A stretch of 32,000 bases of DNA from Desulfobulbus propionicus DSM 2032 (GCF_000186885.1 NC_014972.1:150001-182000), one strand, 5' to 3'. Positions 24,867 through 31,088 are shown, counted from the first letter of the stretch. Notes: generated by a model not told the origin, from the sequence alone. Program-made: numbers and translations.

Positions 24867-25402
24867 CAGGCAGCCTCGGCGAGCTGATAGAGGATGTTGT
24901 GCAGCAGACGGCTGAAATGGCGACGGCTAAGGTGGAAGTGCTCGGCAGCCTGGTGCATGTTGACCGGCCTTTCCTGGTTGAGGATCCAGCGGCAGATCTC
25001 CTGTTCGCGCTGGCTCAGTCCCCGCAGGGCCGCATCGATCTCGATCGCCAGGAGCTCAGGCAGGGGTGATGCTGCCTCCAGGGTGCAGGCGTCCAGGAGA
25101 ACGTCGTTGGCCGGCTGGACCGTCTGGATGCCGCTGGCCAGCCGGAGGCATCGGGTTTTGAAGATCACCCGGAAGAAGGGCACGAACCGCTGCGCTGCTT
25201 GTTTGTTCTCAGCCGTAGTCAGGGCTTGGAAGGCGGCCATGGTCGCCTCCTGGAGCAGGTCATCCTCGTCGGCTGCCATGTGATTGCGGTAGGGGTTGGC
25301 GATCCAGTGGATGAGCCGCATGTTCTCGGTAACCCACCTCCGCGCTGTCAGCCAGGTCTCCTGGTCGGTATCGCGTGGCTGATCCGTTGGGTCGGTCATC
25401 AT
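24866..25402 (-). CDS. Sigma-70 family (group 3/4, ECF-like) RNA polymerase sigma factor-like protein, 178 aa
   Basis: The region-2-like segment is LIHWIANPYRNHMAADEDDLLQEATMAAFQAL ... RFVPFFRVIFKTRCLR. The region-4-like HTH is LSQREQEICRWILNQERPVNMHQAAEHFHLSRRHFSRLLHNILYQL. Confidence 0.65.
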   Translation of the reverse strand: MMTDPTDQPRDTDQETWLTARRWVTENMRLIHWIANPYRNHMAADEDDLLQEATMAAFQALTTAENKQAAQRFVPFFRVIFKTRCLRLASGIQTVQPANDVLLDACTLEAASPLPELLAIEIDAALRGLSQREQEICRWILNQERPVNMHQAAEHFHLSRRHFSRLLHNILYQLAEAA

Positions 25403-25429
25403 GCGTCCGGGCGGCTCGCCCTTCTTTTA

Positions 25430-25457
25430 AGATTAAAAAAAGATTAAAAAAGATTAG
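25430..25457. promoter_or_regulatory. Three helically phased A-tract repeats (AGATTAAAAAA / AGATTAAAAA / AGATTAG) 28-55 bp upstream of the sigma-like gene
   Basis: The tandem 11/10-bp units are read directly. They sit at the GC-content transition and in the only intergenic region upstream of the sigma/tra genes. Confidence 0.5.
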
Positions 25458-25655
25458 GCGCTTTCGGGGGCTGCCCGCAAACCTTGCATTGATGGGCTTT
25501 CCCGGCGTTTTGCCGCTTTAGTATTACGGCTGTTATGCACATCCCTGTGTGGCGGTTGTACCGACGTTGGTGCGATCGCCCTACCCTACCCCGTCACTCG
25601 TATACCTAGCCCAACCTGCGGAAATACCGACCCCGCACCACGGTTATCCCCACTC

Positions 25656-26585
25656 TCAGGTGGTACCCGAGGTTTTCGGTAACCGTTTGTCGACGTGGAT
25701 CTTGTCTTCCTGGTCGATTTGCCAGGAGCCGAGAAACCCACCACGGACCAACTCGTCGAGGGCGATTCGGAGCTTGTAGCGGTAATCTGAAAGGCGGTGG
25801 CAATTTGAACCGCAGAGGTGACGGAGGGTGCTAACCTTCGTGGGATACGGTGTGCGATGGCTGGCGTAGAAGCCATGCAACCATTTGGCAAGGTCGGTTT
25901 TCAGCTGCACATGTTGCCGCCACGGGATCTGCGTCCAGCCGGCATCGAACAGCCTGACCATTCTGGGATTGCACTTGAGGAAATAACTTCGCTCTGTCTC
26001 GTTGTAGATGAATTCGTCAAGGAGCGAGTCAGCATAAGAAAAGGGTTGCGTCCCGATGGCAGTTGGTGCCTCCAGGTCGATCTCAACAGCGGAGGTGGTC
26101 AGGCGCCAGAGCGATTCCTTGAGCCATTGACGGTTTGGTTTGCCATAACTCCGGTGGATGCCCGTGAGAAATCCCTTTGCCGTGAACCGGACCAACTTCC
26201 CGGTTGGCTGAGCCGAGGCCAGATAGAGGGCATGAGCGAACACATCAAGATCAGCCTGGTCCAACTGCCAGCCAGTGTAGCGAATCTGCAGACCACGGAT
26301 AGTGGGCAGAATTTCCTTGTTGACCATCTTTCGCTGACCCCGCTGGACCATGCCGAACAGCGCTGACCGCAGGAATACGTTGGGTATCCCATGCATTCCG
26401 GCAGGACAGGTTGGAAGAAGAGGATGCTCCTGAAGCACGGCAATCTTTGCCCGGATTTCCGGGGAAAGAGACTGGAGGCAACGGTCCAAAATGGGGTTTA
26501 TCCTCTCCAATCCATGCGAGTTTTCAGCGTGTAATGGCATGACCGGCCTCTTGCTTGGGTTTGCGTGACTGGGTGCGGATGTCAT
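25656..26585 (-). CDS. trfA: TrfA-family plasmid replication initiator, 309 aa
   Basis: This is the inner part of ORF 25656..26657. The ATG at 26585 forms an ATGA overlap with the upstream stop. The segment IPNVFLRSALFGMVQRG ... IRYTGWQLDQADLDVFAHALYLA ... VRFTAKGFL ... LKESLWRLTTSAVEI matches the RK2 TrfA core pattern (RSALF, FTG.QL.Q.DLDV). Confidence 0.85.
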   Translation of the reverse strand: MTSAPSHANPSKRPVMPLHAENSHGLERINPILDRCLQSLSPEIRAKIAVLQEHPLLPTCPAGMHGIPNVFLRSALFGMVQRGQRKMVNKEILPTIRGLQIRYTGWQLDQADLDVFAHALYLASAQPTGKLVRFTAKGFLTGIHRSYGKPNRQWLKESLWRLTTSAVEIDLEAPTAIGTQPFSYADSLLDEFIYNETERSYFLKCNPRMVRLFDAGWTQIPWRQHVQLKTDLAKWLHGFYASHRTPYPTKVSTLRHLCGSNCHRLSDYRYKLRIALDELVRGGFLGSWQIDQEDKIHVDKRLPKTSGTT

Positions 26586-26806
26586 CGTTTCTGAATCTGA
26601 AGGCAACGACGCGGTCTGCCGACCTTGACCGTGCGGATTCGTGTGCTTTGAAACCACTCATTCAGGTCAGACTCCATGATCAGGACGGTTTTGCCCGGCT
26701 TGTACGCCGGCAGATCACCCCGCTTGATCGCCCGGTGGATGGTGTGATAGCTGCACTTGACCAGTTGGGCCGCTTCTTCAATCGTGATGGACGTGTCGCG
26801 AATCAT
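26582..26806 (-). CDS. Excisionase-family / MerR-like helix-turn-helix DNA-binding protein, 74 aa
   Basis: The segment ITIEEAAQLVKCSYHTIHRAIKRGDLPAYKPGKTVLIMESDLNEWF is the typical excise-type HTH. The start is either ATG 26806 or 26830. Confidence 0.75.
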   Translation of the reverse strand: MIRDTSITIEEAAQLVKCSYHTIHRAIKRGDLPAYKPGKTVLIMESDLNEWFQSTRIRTVKVGRPRRCLQIQKR

Positions 26807-27017
26807 GGGCGCATACCTGTTGGACCGCATGGCGGATTTCTTCGGGAGTACCCCATACCCAAGTCACCCTGCTGATGCCGGTGACCGCTTCCAGGCGCAC
26901 CGCCACCTTGCGCGGGCAGGGACGGTCGCCATGGATGATGTGCGACAGGAAATCCGGGCCGATCTGCGCTTGCCGGGCGATCTCCTTCTGGGTGAATCTC
27001 TTTTTGATAGGCTTCAT
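26778..27017 (-). CDS. Cro/YdaS-like HTH transcriptional regulator, 79 aa
   Basis: This is the inner part of ORF 26778..27080. ATG at 27017. The segment FTQKEIARQAQIGPDFLSHIIHGDRPCPRKVAVRLEAVTGISRVTWVWG fits the YdaS/Cro-type HTH pattern. Confidence 0.6.
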   Translation of the reverse strand: MKPIKKRFTQKEIARQAQIGPDFLSHIIHGDRPCPRKVAVRLEAVTGISRVTWVWGTPEEIRHAVQQVCAHDSRHVHHD

Positions 27018-27097
27018 GGTCAATGATGTAGAGTGATGGCGGAGAAGTGTCAATTGAAAAGCGGCGATTTTTTGGTTCAATATACTGTTTTTTCAGC

Positions 27098-27145
27098 AAA
27101 AATTGATCTATTGATCAATAAATGATCAGGTGATCATCAAATGGA
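27098..27145. promoter_or_regulatory. GATC-rich operator-like repeat cluster upstream of the Cro-like gene
   Basis: The sequence is AAAATTGATCTATTGATCAATAAATGATCAGGTGATCATCAAATGG. It has four GATC within 35 bp and the palindromes TTGATCAA and TGATCA. It shares AAAATTGATC and TGATCTATTGAT with 27817-27847. Confidence 0.55.
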
Positions 27146-27205
27146 ACGAAGGGTCACCGATGGTTGCAGGGAACCTGGCGTTACCAGCGAAGCGCCTTCA
27201 TCCGC

Positions 27206-27673
27206 TCAAGGCACGCCGCTTTCCTGGTTACGATAGGAGGAACCGGGGCGCCTGGCTATCGAGTCCTTTTTTGCATGTGCGTAACACCTTATAACTTTGA
27301 TTATTTTGACCAATAACGCGTCCATTTTTGCATGTCCGTTCGACCCGACTGGTAAAAGAAGGTATTTGCCCGAAAAGTCGTCACAAACTTGACGGGACGC
27401 GTCCATCTTTACAGGCTTGGGGGCGGATGCGGCGGGGGGTGGTTTCTGGCGTTTTTGGCGGTAGGTACGCCAGTAGTCGGGGTTGTTTTTCTGCCAACTC
27501 TGACGGGCTCTCTGTTGGTTGTCGACGTAGTCCGGATCGGTCGCCATTTTATTTCGTTGCCAGGCGTTTTTTCTGGCGCGCTGACATTCGGTACGCCCGC
27601 AATACTGTTGATTTTTGACGTGCGGATTTGTTGGCAGACAGAGGTGACAATGTTTGCACCGGAAGGGTTTCAT
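27206..27673 (-). CDS. Hypothetical basic protein with N-terminal zinc-ribbon (CKHC ... CGRTEC), 155 aa
   Basis: This is the inner part of ORF 27206..27706; an alternative ATG lies at 27706. Sequence: MKPFRCKHCHLCLPTNPHVKNQQYCGRTECQRARKNAWQRNK ... I recognise no family. Confidence 0.5.
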   Translation of the reverse strand: MKPFRCKHCHLCLPTNPHVKNQQYCGRTECQRARKNAWQRNKMATDPDYVDNQQRARQSWQKNNPDYWRTYRQKRQKPPPAASAPKPVKMDASRQVCDDFSGKYLLLPVGSNGHAKMDALLVKIIKVIRCYAHAKKDSIARRPGSSYRNQESGVP

Positions 27674-27816
27674 GGTTTTTCCATCCCTGACGTTGTTGGA
27701 CGCCATAGGTTGATAATCACGGGAAAAAATTACCCCGCACCATGAATTTTCAGCTGAACCTCCAGGCCAGTATCTGGCAATACAGGGAAAATCGTGGCCG
27801 ATTCGATTCCTCTTCT

Positions 27817-27847
27817 AAAAATTGATCAAATGATCTATTGATAGCCA
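27817..27847. promoter_or_regulatory. Second copy of the GATC operator-like motif, in the divergent promoter region directly abutting the XRE gene start
   Basis: The sequence AAAAATTGATCAAATGATCTATTGATAGCC shares 10- and 12-nt blocks with 27098-27145. Confidence 0.55.
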
Positions 27848-28398
27848 TGAGCAACGACATTCCCACCCAGTTCCGTACAGCCCTGAACCACCTCCTGCAG
27901 CAGGAAGGCAGGGGTGCCCAGGTCCGCTTGGCGCGGACTGAGAACATCGACCGTGGCTACCTCAACGCGATCATCAAAGGACGCAAGCCCGGCGCCGAGG
28001 TTATCCGGTCCCGGATCGCCAACCACTTCGGCATGACGTATGAAGAGATGCTGCTTCTTGGCCGGCGACTGCTGGCGGGGGGCACGGATGCCGGTACAGA
28101 ATCAGGAGGGACCGTATCCCAGCGAACGGAACTGGAAGGGAAAGGTATCGGGGAGAGCCACGGACTGCAGGAGGATGCTGGCGTTCACCTCGCCGGCACC
28201 CTGCGCAAAGCGCTCGATATTCTCGAGTCGAAAACAAAGTTCAGCGAATCCCTCGTCGAGGTCATCGCTGTTTACCACGAAGTGCTGACAGCGGGCAGGG
28301 ATCAGGAATTGGACACCCGGTTGCGGGCGCTGGAAGAGCGTGTGCGGCAGATGGCAGAAAGGCTGCCTGCTGGAACAAAAGGGCGGAAGAAGAGTTGA
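27847..28398 (+). CDS. XRE/cI-like HTH transcriptional regulator, 183 aa
   Basis: This is the inner part of ORF 27838..28398. The N-terminal HTH is LQQEGRGAQVRLARTENIDRGYLNAIIKGRKPGAEVIRSRIANHFGMTYEEML. It has a coiled-coil C-terminus and no SD sequence, so the transcript may be leaderless or have a short leader. Confidence 0.7.
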   Translation: MSNDIPTQFRTALNHLLQQEGRGAQVRLARTENIDRGYLNAIIKGRKPGAEVIRSRIANHFGMTYEEMLLLGRRLLAGGTDAGTESGGTVSQRTELEGKGIGESHGLQEDAGVHLAGTLRKALDILESKTKFSESLVEVIAVYHEVLTAGRDQELDTRLRALEERVRQMAERLPAGTKGRKKS

Positions 28399-28404
28399 CG
28401 AGTT

Positions 28405-28446
28405 ACCCGGGCCGGTGGTGTGACTGATCCGGTCCCGTTTCTTTTG
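28405..28446 (+). terminator. Rho-independent terminator of the XRE gene
   Basis: The stem ACCCGGGCCGG (28405-28415) pairs with CCGGTCCCG (28429-28437) with one bulge, followed by TTTCTTTT. Confidence 0.6.
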
Positions 28447-28480
28447 GCATCGGGCTACCCGGTTGCATGCTATTTTCCCC

Positions 28481-28507
28481 GGACAAAAGGGACAAAATGG
28501 ACAAAAC
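28481..28507. repeat. Three perfect tandem 9-mers GGACAAAAN
   Basis: GGACAAAAG GGACAAAAT GGACAAAAC, read directly. Confidence 0.8.
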
Positions 28508-28685
28508 CCCTGCTCGTGGTGGGCGTTTCCAAAATTCCTGCTTGGTTGCGATCAGGATGGTGGTGGAATGTTTTTTCGTATTTCCTCTTCCTTGGCGGAA
28601 TTCGACAACGGTGTGTAACAGCAACAAACGGACACTGCCTGTTTGTTGTCTTTTCTATTCTGTTCTTCTCTTGTCTGTTCTCCTG

Positions 28686-28750
28686 CGTGACGTCACGTGA
28701 CACTAACCGTGACACCGACTGTGACATCTGGGGCGACTCCGAGAGTGACC
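28686..28750. repeat. GTGAC(A) iteron-like cluster: 12-bp palindrome CGTGACGTCACG followed by CGTGACAC, CGTGACAC, TGTGACAT and GTGACC
   Basis: The palindrome is at 28686-28697. CGTGACAC occurs at 28696 and 28708, TGTGACAT at 28720 and GTGACC at 28745. A further CGTGACAC lies at 28875-28882. Confidence 0.7.
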
Positions 28751-28903
28751 TGCGCATCAGTTTTATCTTTTGGTCATCGAGGATGGTTACATCATTTCTC
28801 CCAATGCCATCGACTTCTCTGAGTTGTGGTGCTGTCCGTCACGGATGAAAAGGCAGAGGTCCACTACCCCTGACCGTGACACGACAAACAGAGTTGGACT
28901 GCA

Positions 28904-28993
28904 AATTCCATTTGATTCCAGCCACGGATTCCACGCGATCCCGGCCAGTGATTCCAGAGGAATCCCACCAGGCATCGAGGAGGGTGGCGGCGC
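28904..28993. repeat. GATTCCA direct-repeat cluster containing 66-bp repeat copy B (28926..28993)
   Basis: (A/G)ATTCCA occurs at 28904, 28914, 28927 and 28950, with an inverted GGAATCC at 28959. The segment 28926-28993 aligns to the reverse complement of 5533-5598. Confidence 0.75.
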
Positions 28994-29264
28994 GTAGAAC
29001 CACTTGGTAGAGGAACCCTTTTGCTTTGCCATTCAAAGCGAGGGACGGAGTCCCTAATTCTTCCTTCCTTGCGATAGGGGGAATTACCGGCTGGCCGAGA
29101 CTTTAGGCTCGGCCAGCCCTCTTGGAACGCATAGCACCCGCCCTGCCCTCTTCGGCGGGGATCGCCCGCAAAGACCAGCCTCGACAATCCTCATAAAAAA
29201 CAGGGGATTGCCTGCAAAAAACTGTTATTCTCGCCCAAGAAACTATAAAGGGCTTCAAGGCACG

Positions 29265-29293
29265 TTGCGTACCATGGTTCGCAGTGATATAAT
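29265..29293 (+). promoter_or_regulatory. Near-consensus sigma-70 promoter of the toxin-antitoxin operon
   Basis: TTGCGT (29265-29270), a 17-nt spacer ending in TG, then TATAAT (29288-29293). It lies 17 nt upstream of the toxin ATG region, which has a GGAAGGAG RBS. Confidence 0.7.
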
Positions 29294-29309
29294 GGAAGGA
29301 GTAGAGAGA

Positions 29310-29654
29310 ATGGCACGACTTGCAAAACCAAAACGGGTCATCGTCTATGCGGATCAGGAGGGCAACGAGCCTTTTACCGACTGGCTCTATGGGCTGAAAG
29401 ACAGCATGGGGCGAAAGCGCGTCTTGATCCGAATTGCGCGCCTTGAGCAAGGGAACTATGGCGACTGTGAGCCGGTAGGGGATGGGATTAGCGAATTACG
29501 CATGTTCTTTGGTTCCGGCTATCGGGTTTATTTCGGGGAAGACGCGGATAACATCGTTGTCTTGCTCTGCGGCGGCGACAAGGGAAGCCAGAAGAAAGAC
29601 ATCAAACAGGCGAAAGCCTATTGGCGGGAGTATCTGACCCATGAAAAACTATAG
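29310..29654 (+). CDS. Type II toxin, RelE/ParE superfamily (HigB-like addiction module killer protein), 114 aa
   Basis: This is the inner part of ORF 29208..29654. The ATG at 29310 follows GGAAGGAG. The segment FTDWLYGLKDSMGRKRVLIRIARLEQGNYGDCEPVGDGISELRMFFGSGYRVYFGEDADNIVVLLCGGDKGSQKKDI is the addiction-module-killer pattern. It overlaps the antitoxin gene by 14 nt. Confidence 0.85.
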   Translation: MARLAKPKRVIVYADQEGNEPFTDWLYGLKDSMGRKRVLIRIARLEQGNYGDCEPVGDGISELRMFFGSGYRVYFGEDADNIVVLLCGGDKGSQKKDIKQAKAYWREYLTHEKL

Positions 29655-29949
29655 ATCATTTTCCGACGTTGAAGAATCCTACTTCCGCGACCATCCGGAA
29701 GAGATGGATGAATATATCGTCCTCATGTTTGAGGAATACGCCAAGGATGGCGACACAGGGGCCTTGCTCTCGTCGCTGCGTGTCCTGAGCCGCGTCAAGG
29801 GCGTGACCAAGATAGCCGAAGAAACCGGCCTGAGCCGCAAGGGGGTACAGAAAGCCCTCTCCGAAGACGGCAACCCCGAGTTTGCCAGCGTCAACGCCAT
29901 CATTCACGCCATGGGCTATCGCCTGTCACCGCAAAAATTGAACGCATAA
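29641..29949 (+). CDS. Type II antitoxin (addiction module antidote protein, HigA-family HTH), 102 aa
   Basis: The segments FRDHPEEMDEYIVLMFEEYAKDGDTGALLSSLRVLSRVKGVTKIAEETGLSRKGVQKALSEDGNPEFASV and IHAMGYRL match the TIGR02684-type antidote pattern as I recall it. Confidence 0.85.
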   Translation: MKNYRSFSDVEESYFRDHPEEMDEYIVLMFEEYAKDGDTGALLSSLRVLSRVKGVTKIAEETGLSRKGVQKALSEDGNPEFASVNAIIHAMGYRLSPQKLNA

Positions 29950-30275
29950 CTCTGCCTCTCTGTGCGTAAATCTCCAATCCATGCTTCTTTAAAAGAGCGG
30001 CGAAAAGGATGACTCTTGACCAGTCAGTTGGCAGAGTGGTTGGAAAATCAGGGCGAGAAGGATCTAGGGACGCTGTTGTCCAGTTTGCCTGGAACGCGAC
30101 ACAAAAGAAGAGAGCGTGAAGCTGATGCCTTGTGTGTTTCGTGTGGCGTGAAAGAACCGAAAATCAGCTGCAGACAGGTTGCTGGGAGACAATGCCTATC
30201 CTTCCACGCAGCTCACATAAATGCGCCCAAAAATGCGACTAAATAATATAAATAATTAAAAATAAAGATATTTAT

Positions 30276-30325
30276 CAGGATTCCTAATCCTGGTGCCGCA
30301 GGTTCGAATCCTGCCTGGAGCACCA
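30276..30325 (+). other. Partial tRNA: 3' 50 nt of tRNA-Arg(CCT) (anticodon arm to CCA), read as an att direct-repeat copy (element/chromosome junction)
   Basis: The parts are: anticodon stem CAGGA, loop TTCCTAA, TCCTG; variable GTGCC; T-arm GCAGG TTCGAAT CCTGC; acceptor 3' strand CTGGAGC; discriminator A; CCA. There is no complementary GCTCCAG or D-arm upstream; the 40 nt to the left are almost pure A/T. Confidence 0.75.
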
Positions 30326-30362
30326 CAAAAACAATGAGTTGGTCGATTGTCTAAAAACTAAA

Positions 30363-30382
30363 AATTGACACTAATTGACACT
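30363..30382. repeat. Perfect tandem 10-mer AATTGACACT x2
   Basis: Read directly. It lies between the tRNA fragment and the terminator. Confidence 0.7.
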
Positions 30383-30386
30383 CGTG

Positions 30387-30426
30387 AAAAGCCGTAGCAA
30401 GCCAAGCTACGGCTTTTCTTTTTTGG
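30387..30426. terminator. Strong, potentially bidirectional rho-independent terminator
   Basis: AAAAGCCGTAGC (30387-30398) pairs perfectly with GCTACGGCTTTT (30406-30417), followed by CTTTTTT. It lies downstream of the tRNA fragment on the plus strand and of the endolysin gene on the minus strand. Confidence 0.8.
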
Positions 30427-30463
30427 CCATTTGCTCGTATTCATTCATACCCTTGCCGCCCTG

Positions 30464-31000
30464 TTACGCCTCGTTAACCGATATACTCCCAGTAGCGGAG
30501 AGCAGAACCCTGCGCACATTAGGGGGGACTCCGATTTTGTATTGTCGGCGCACGGCTATGCATCTTGATTTTACAATTCGCTTTATAGATACCGCATCGC
30601 CCTGATTTCCGCCGAGAACGTGGTAACAATCTGAGTCTTCACCGACATACAGGCCAACGTGCCCACCTGATCCTCTCTTAAAAACAAGTACATCTCCGAG
30701 CTGTGCAGAAGGTGACTTTGTCCCCCATTTAGCCCAGGATCTTGCCCAGAGAGGACTGTCCGGCATATCCTTTCCAGACCGACGAGCCACAATGGCCATA
30801 AACAGCCCACACCAGGGAATAGAATCAGCGTTGTAACCTGCAATGTTACATTCCTCCGCCCAGGCCAGGATATCTGGATTGTTTTCCTCCCCAACCACTT
30901 CTTGAGTCCCGTAAAGCCTCAAGGCCTCAAGCAGCATTCTGGGGGCTGGCTCATTGGCTAACCACGCATACTCTTCAGGCAATTTTTGCGATCCTGTCAT
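30464..31000 (-). CDS. Peptidoglycan hydrolase of the TIGR02594 / NlpC-P60-CHAP-like family (phage endolysin type), 178 aa
   Basis: The ATG at 31000 follows GGAGGACAGG. The segments EVVGEENNPDILAWAEE ... DSIPWCGLFMAIV ... GDVLVFKRGSGGHVGLYVGED ... VLGGNQGDAV are the TIGR02594 signature, including the catalytic Cys and His. Confidence 0.8.
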   Translation of the reverse strand: MTGSQKLPEEYAWLANEPAPRMLLEALRLYGTQEVVGEENNPDILAWAEECNIAGYNADSIPWCGLFMAIVARRSGKDMPDSPLWARSWAKWGTKSPSAQLGDVLVFKRGSGGHVGLYVGEDSDCYHVLGGNQGDAVSIKRIVKSRCIAVRRQYKIGVPPNVRRVLLSATGSISVNEA

Positions 31001-31088
31001 CCTGTCCTCCTTCAGTACGTTTTCCTGTATCGTGCAGCGTTACTGTAGAAAAACTATCAATTAACCTTCCCATTTTTAATCATATCAA

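Noticed and set aside
25644-25652. DnaA-box-like TTATCCCCA just downstream of trfA.
   Set aside because: It is a single 9-mer with one mismatch to TTATCCACA. Several such matches are expected by chance in 32 kb on two strands, so it is not used as evidence for oriV.
28481-28750. Possible CRISPR array.
   Set aside because: The repeats are only 7-12 bp and are tandem or irregularly spaced, without unique 25-40 bp spacers. No cas genes are present in the window.
28420-28848. Track ORFs inside the repeat-dense region: 28420..28848, 28467..28700, 28470..28757, 28770..28997, 28787..29032, 28864..29187 and 29103..29450.
   Set aside because: They overlap one another on both strands, have odd composition (Cys/Phe/Ser- or Arg-rich) and lack an RBS. 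Their length is explained by the scarcity of stop codons in the repeat sequence.
30016-30246. ORF 30016..30246 (76 aa, TTG start) between the antitoxin and the att site.
   Set aside because: It has no RBS, a non-ATG start and no recognisable motif, and it runs into the A/T-rich att flank. It is kept only as a weak possibility.
30241-30325. A complete tRNA gene.
   Set aside because: Only the 3' 50 nt fold as tRNA. The upstream sequence is A/T-only and cannot form the acceptor 5' strand (GCTCCAG) or a D arm.
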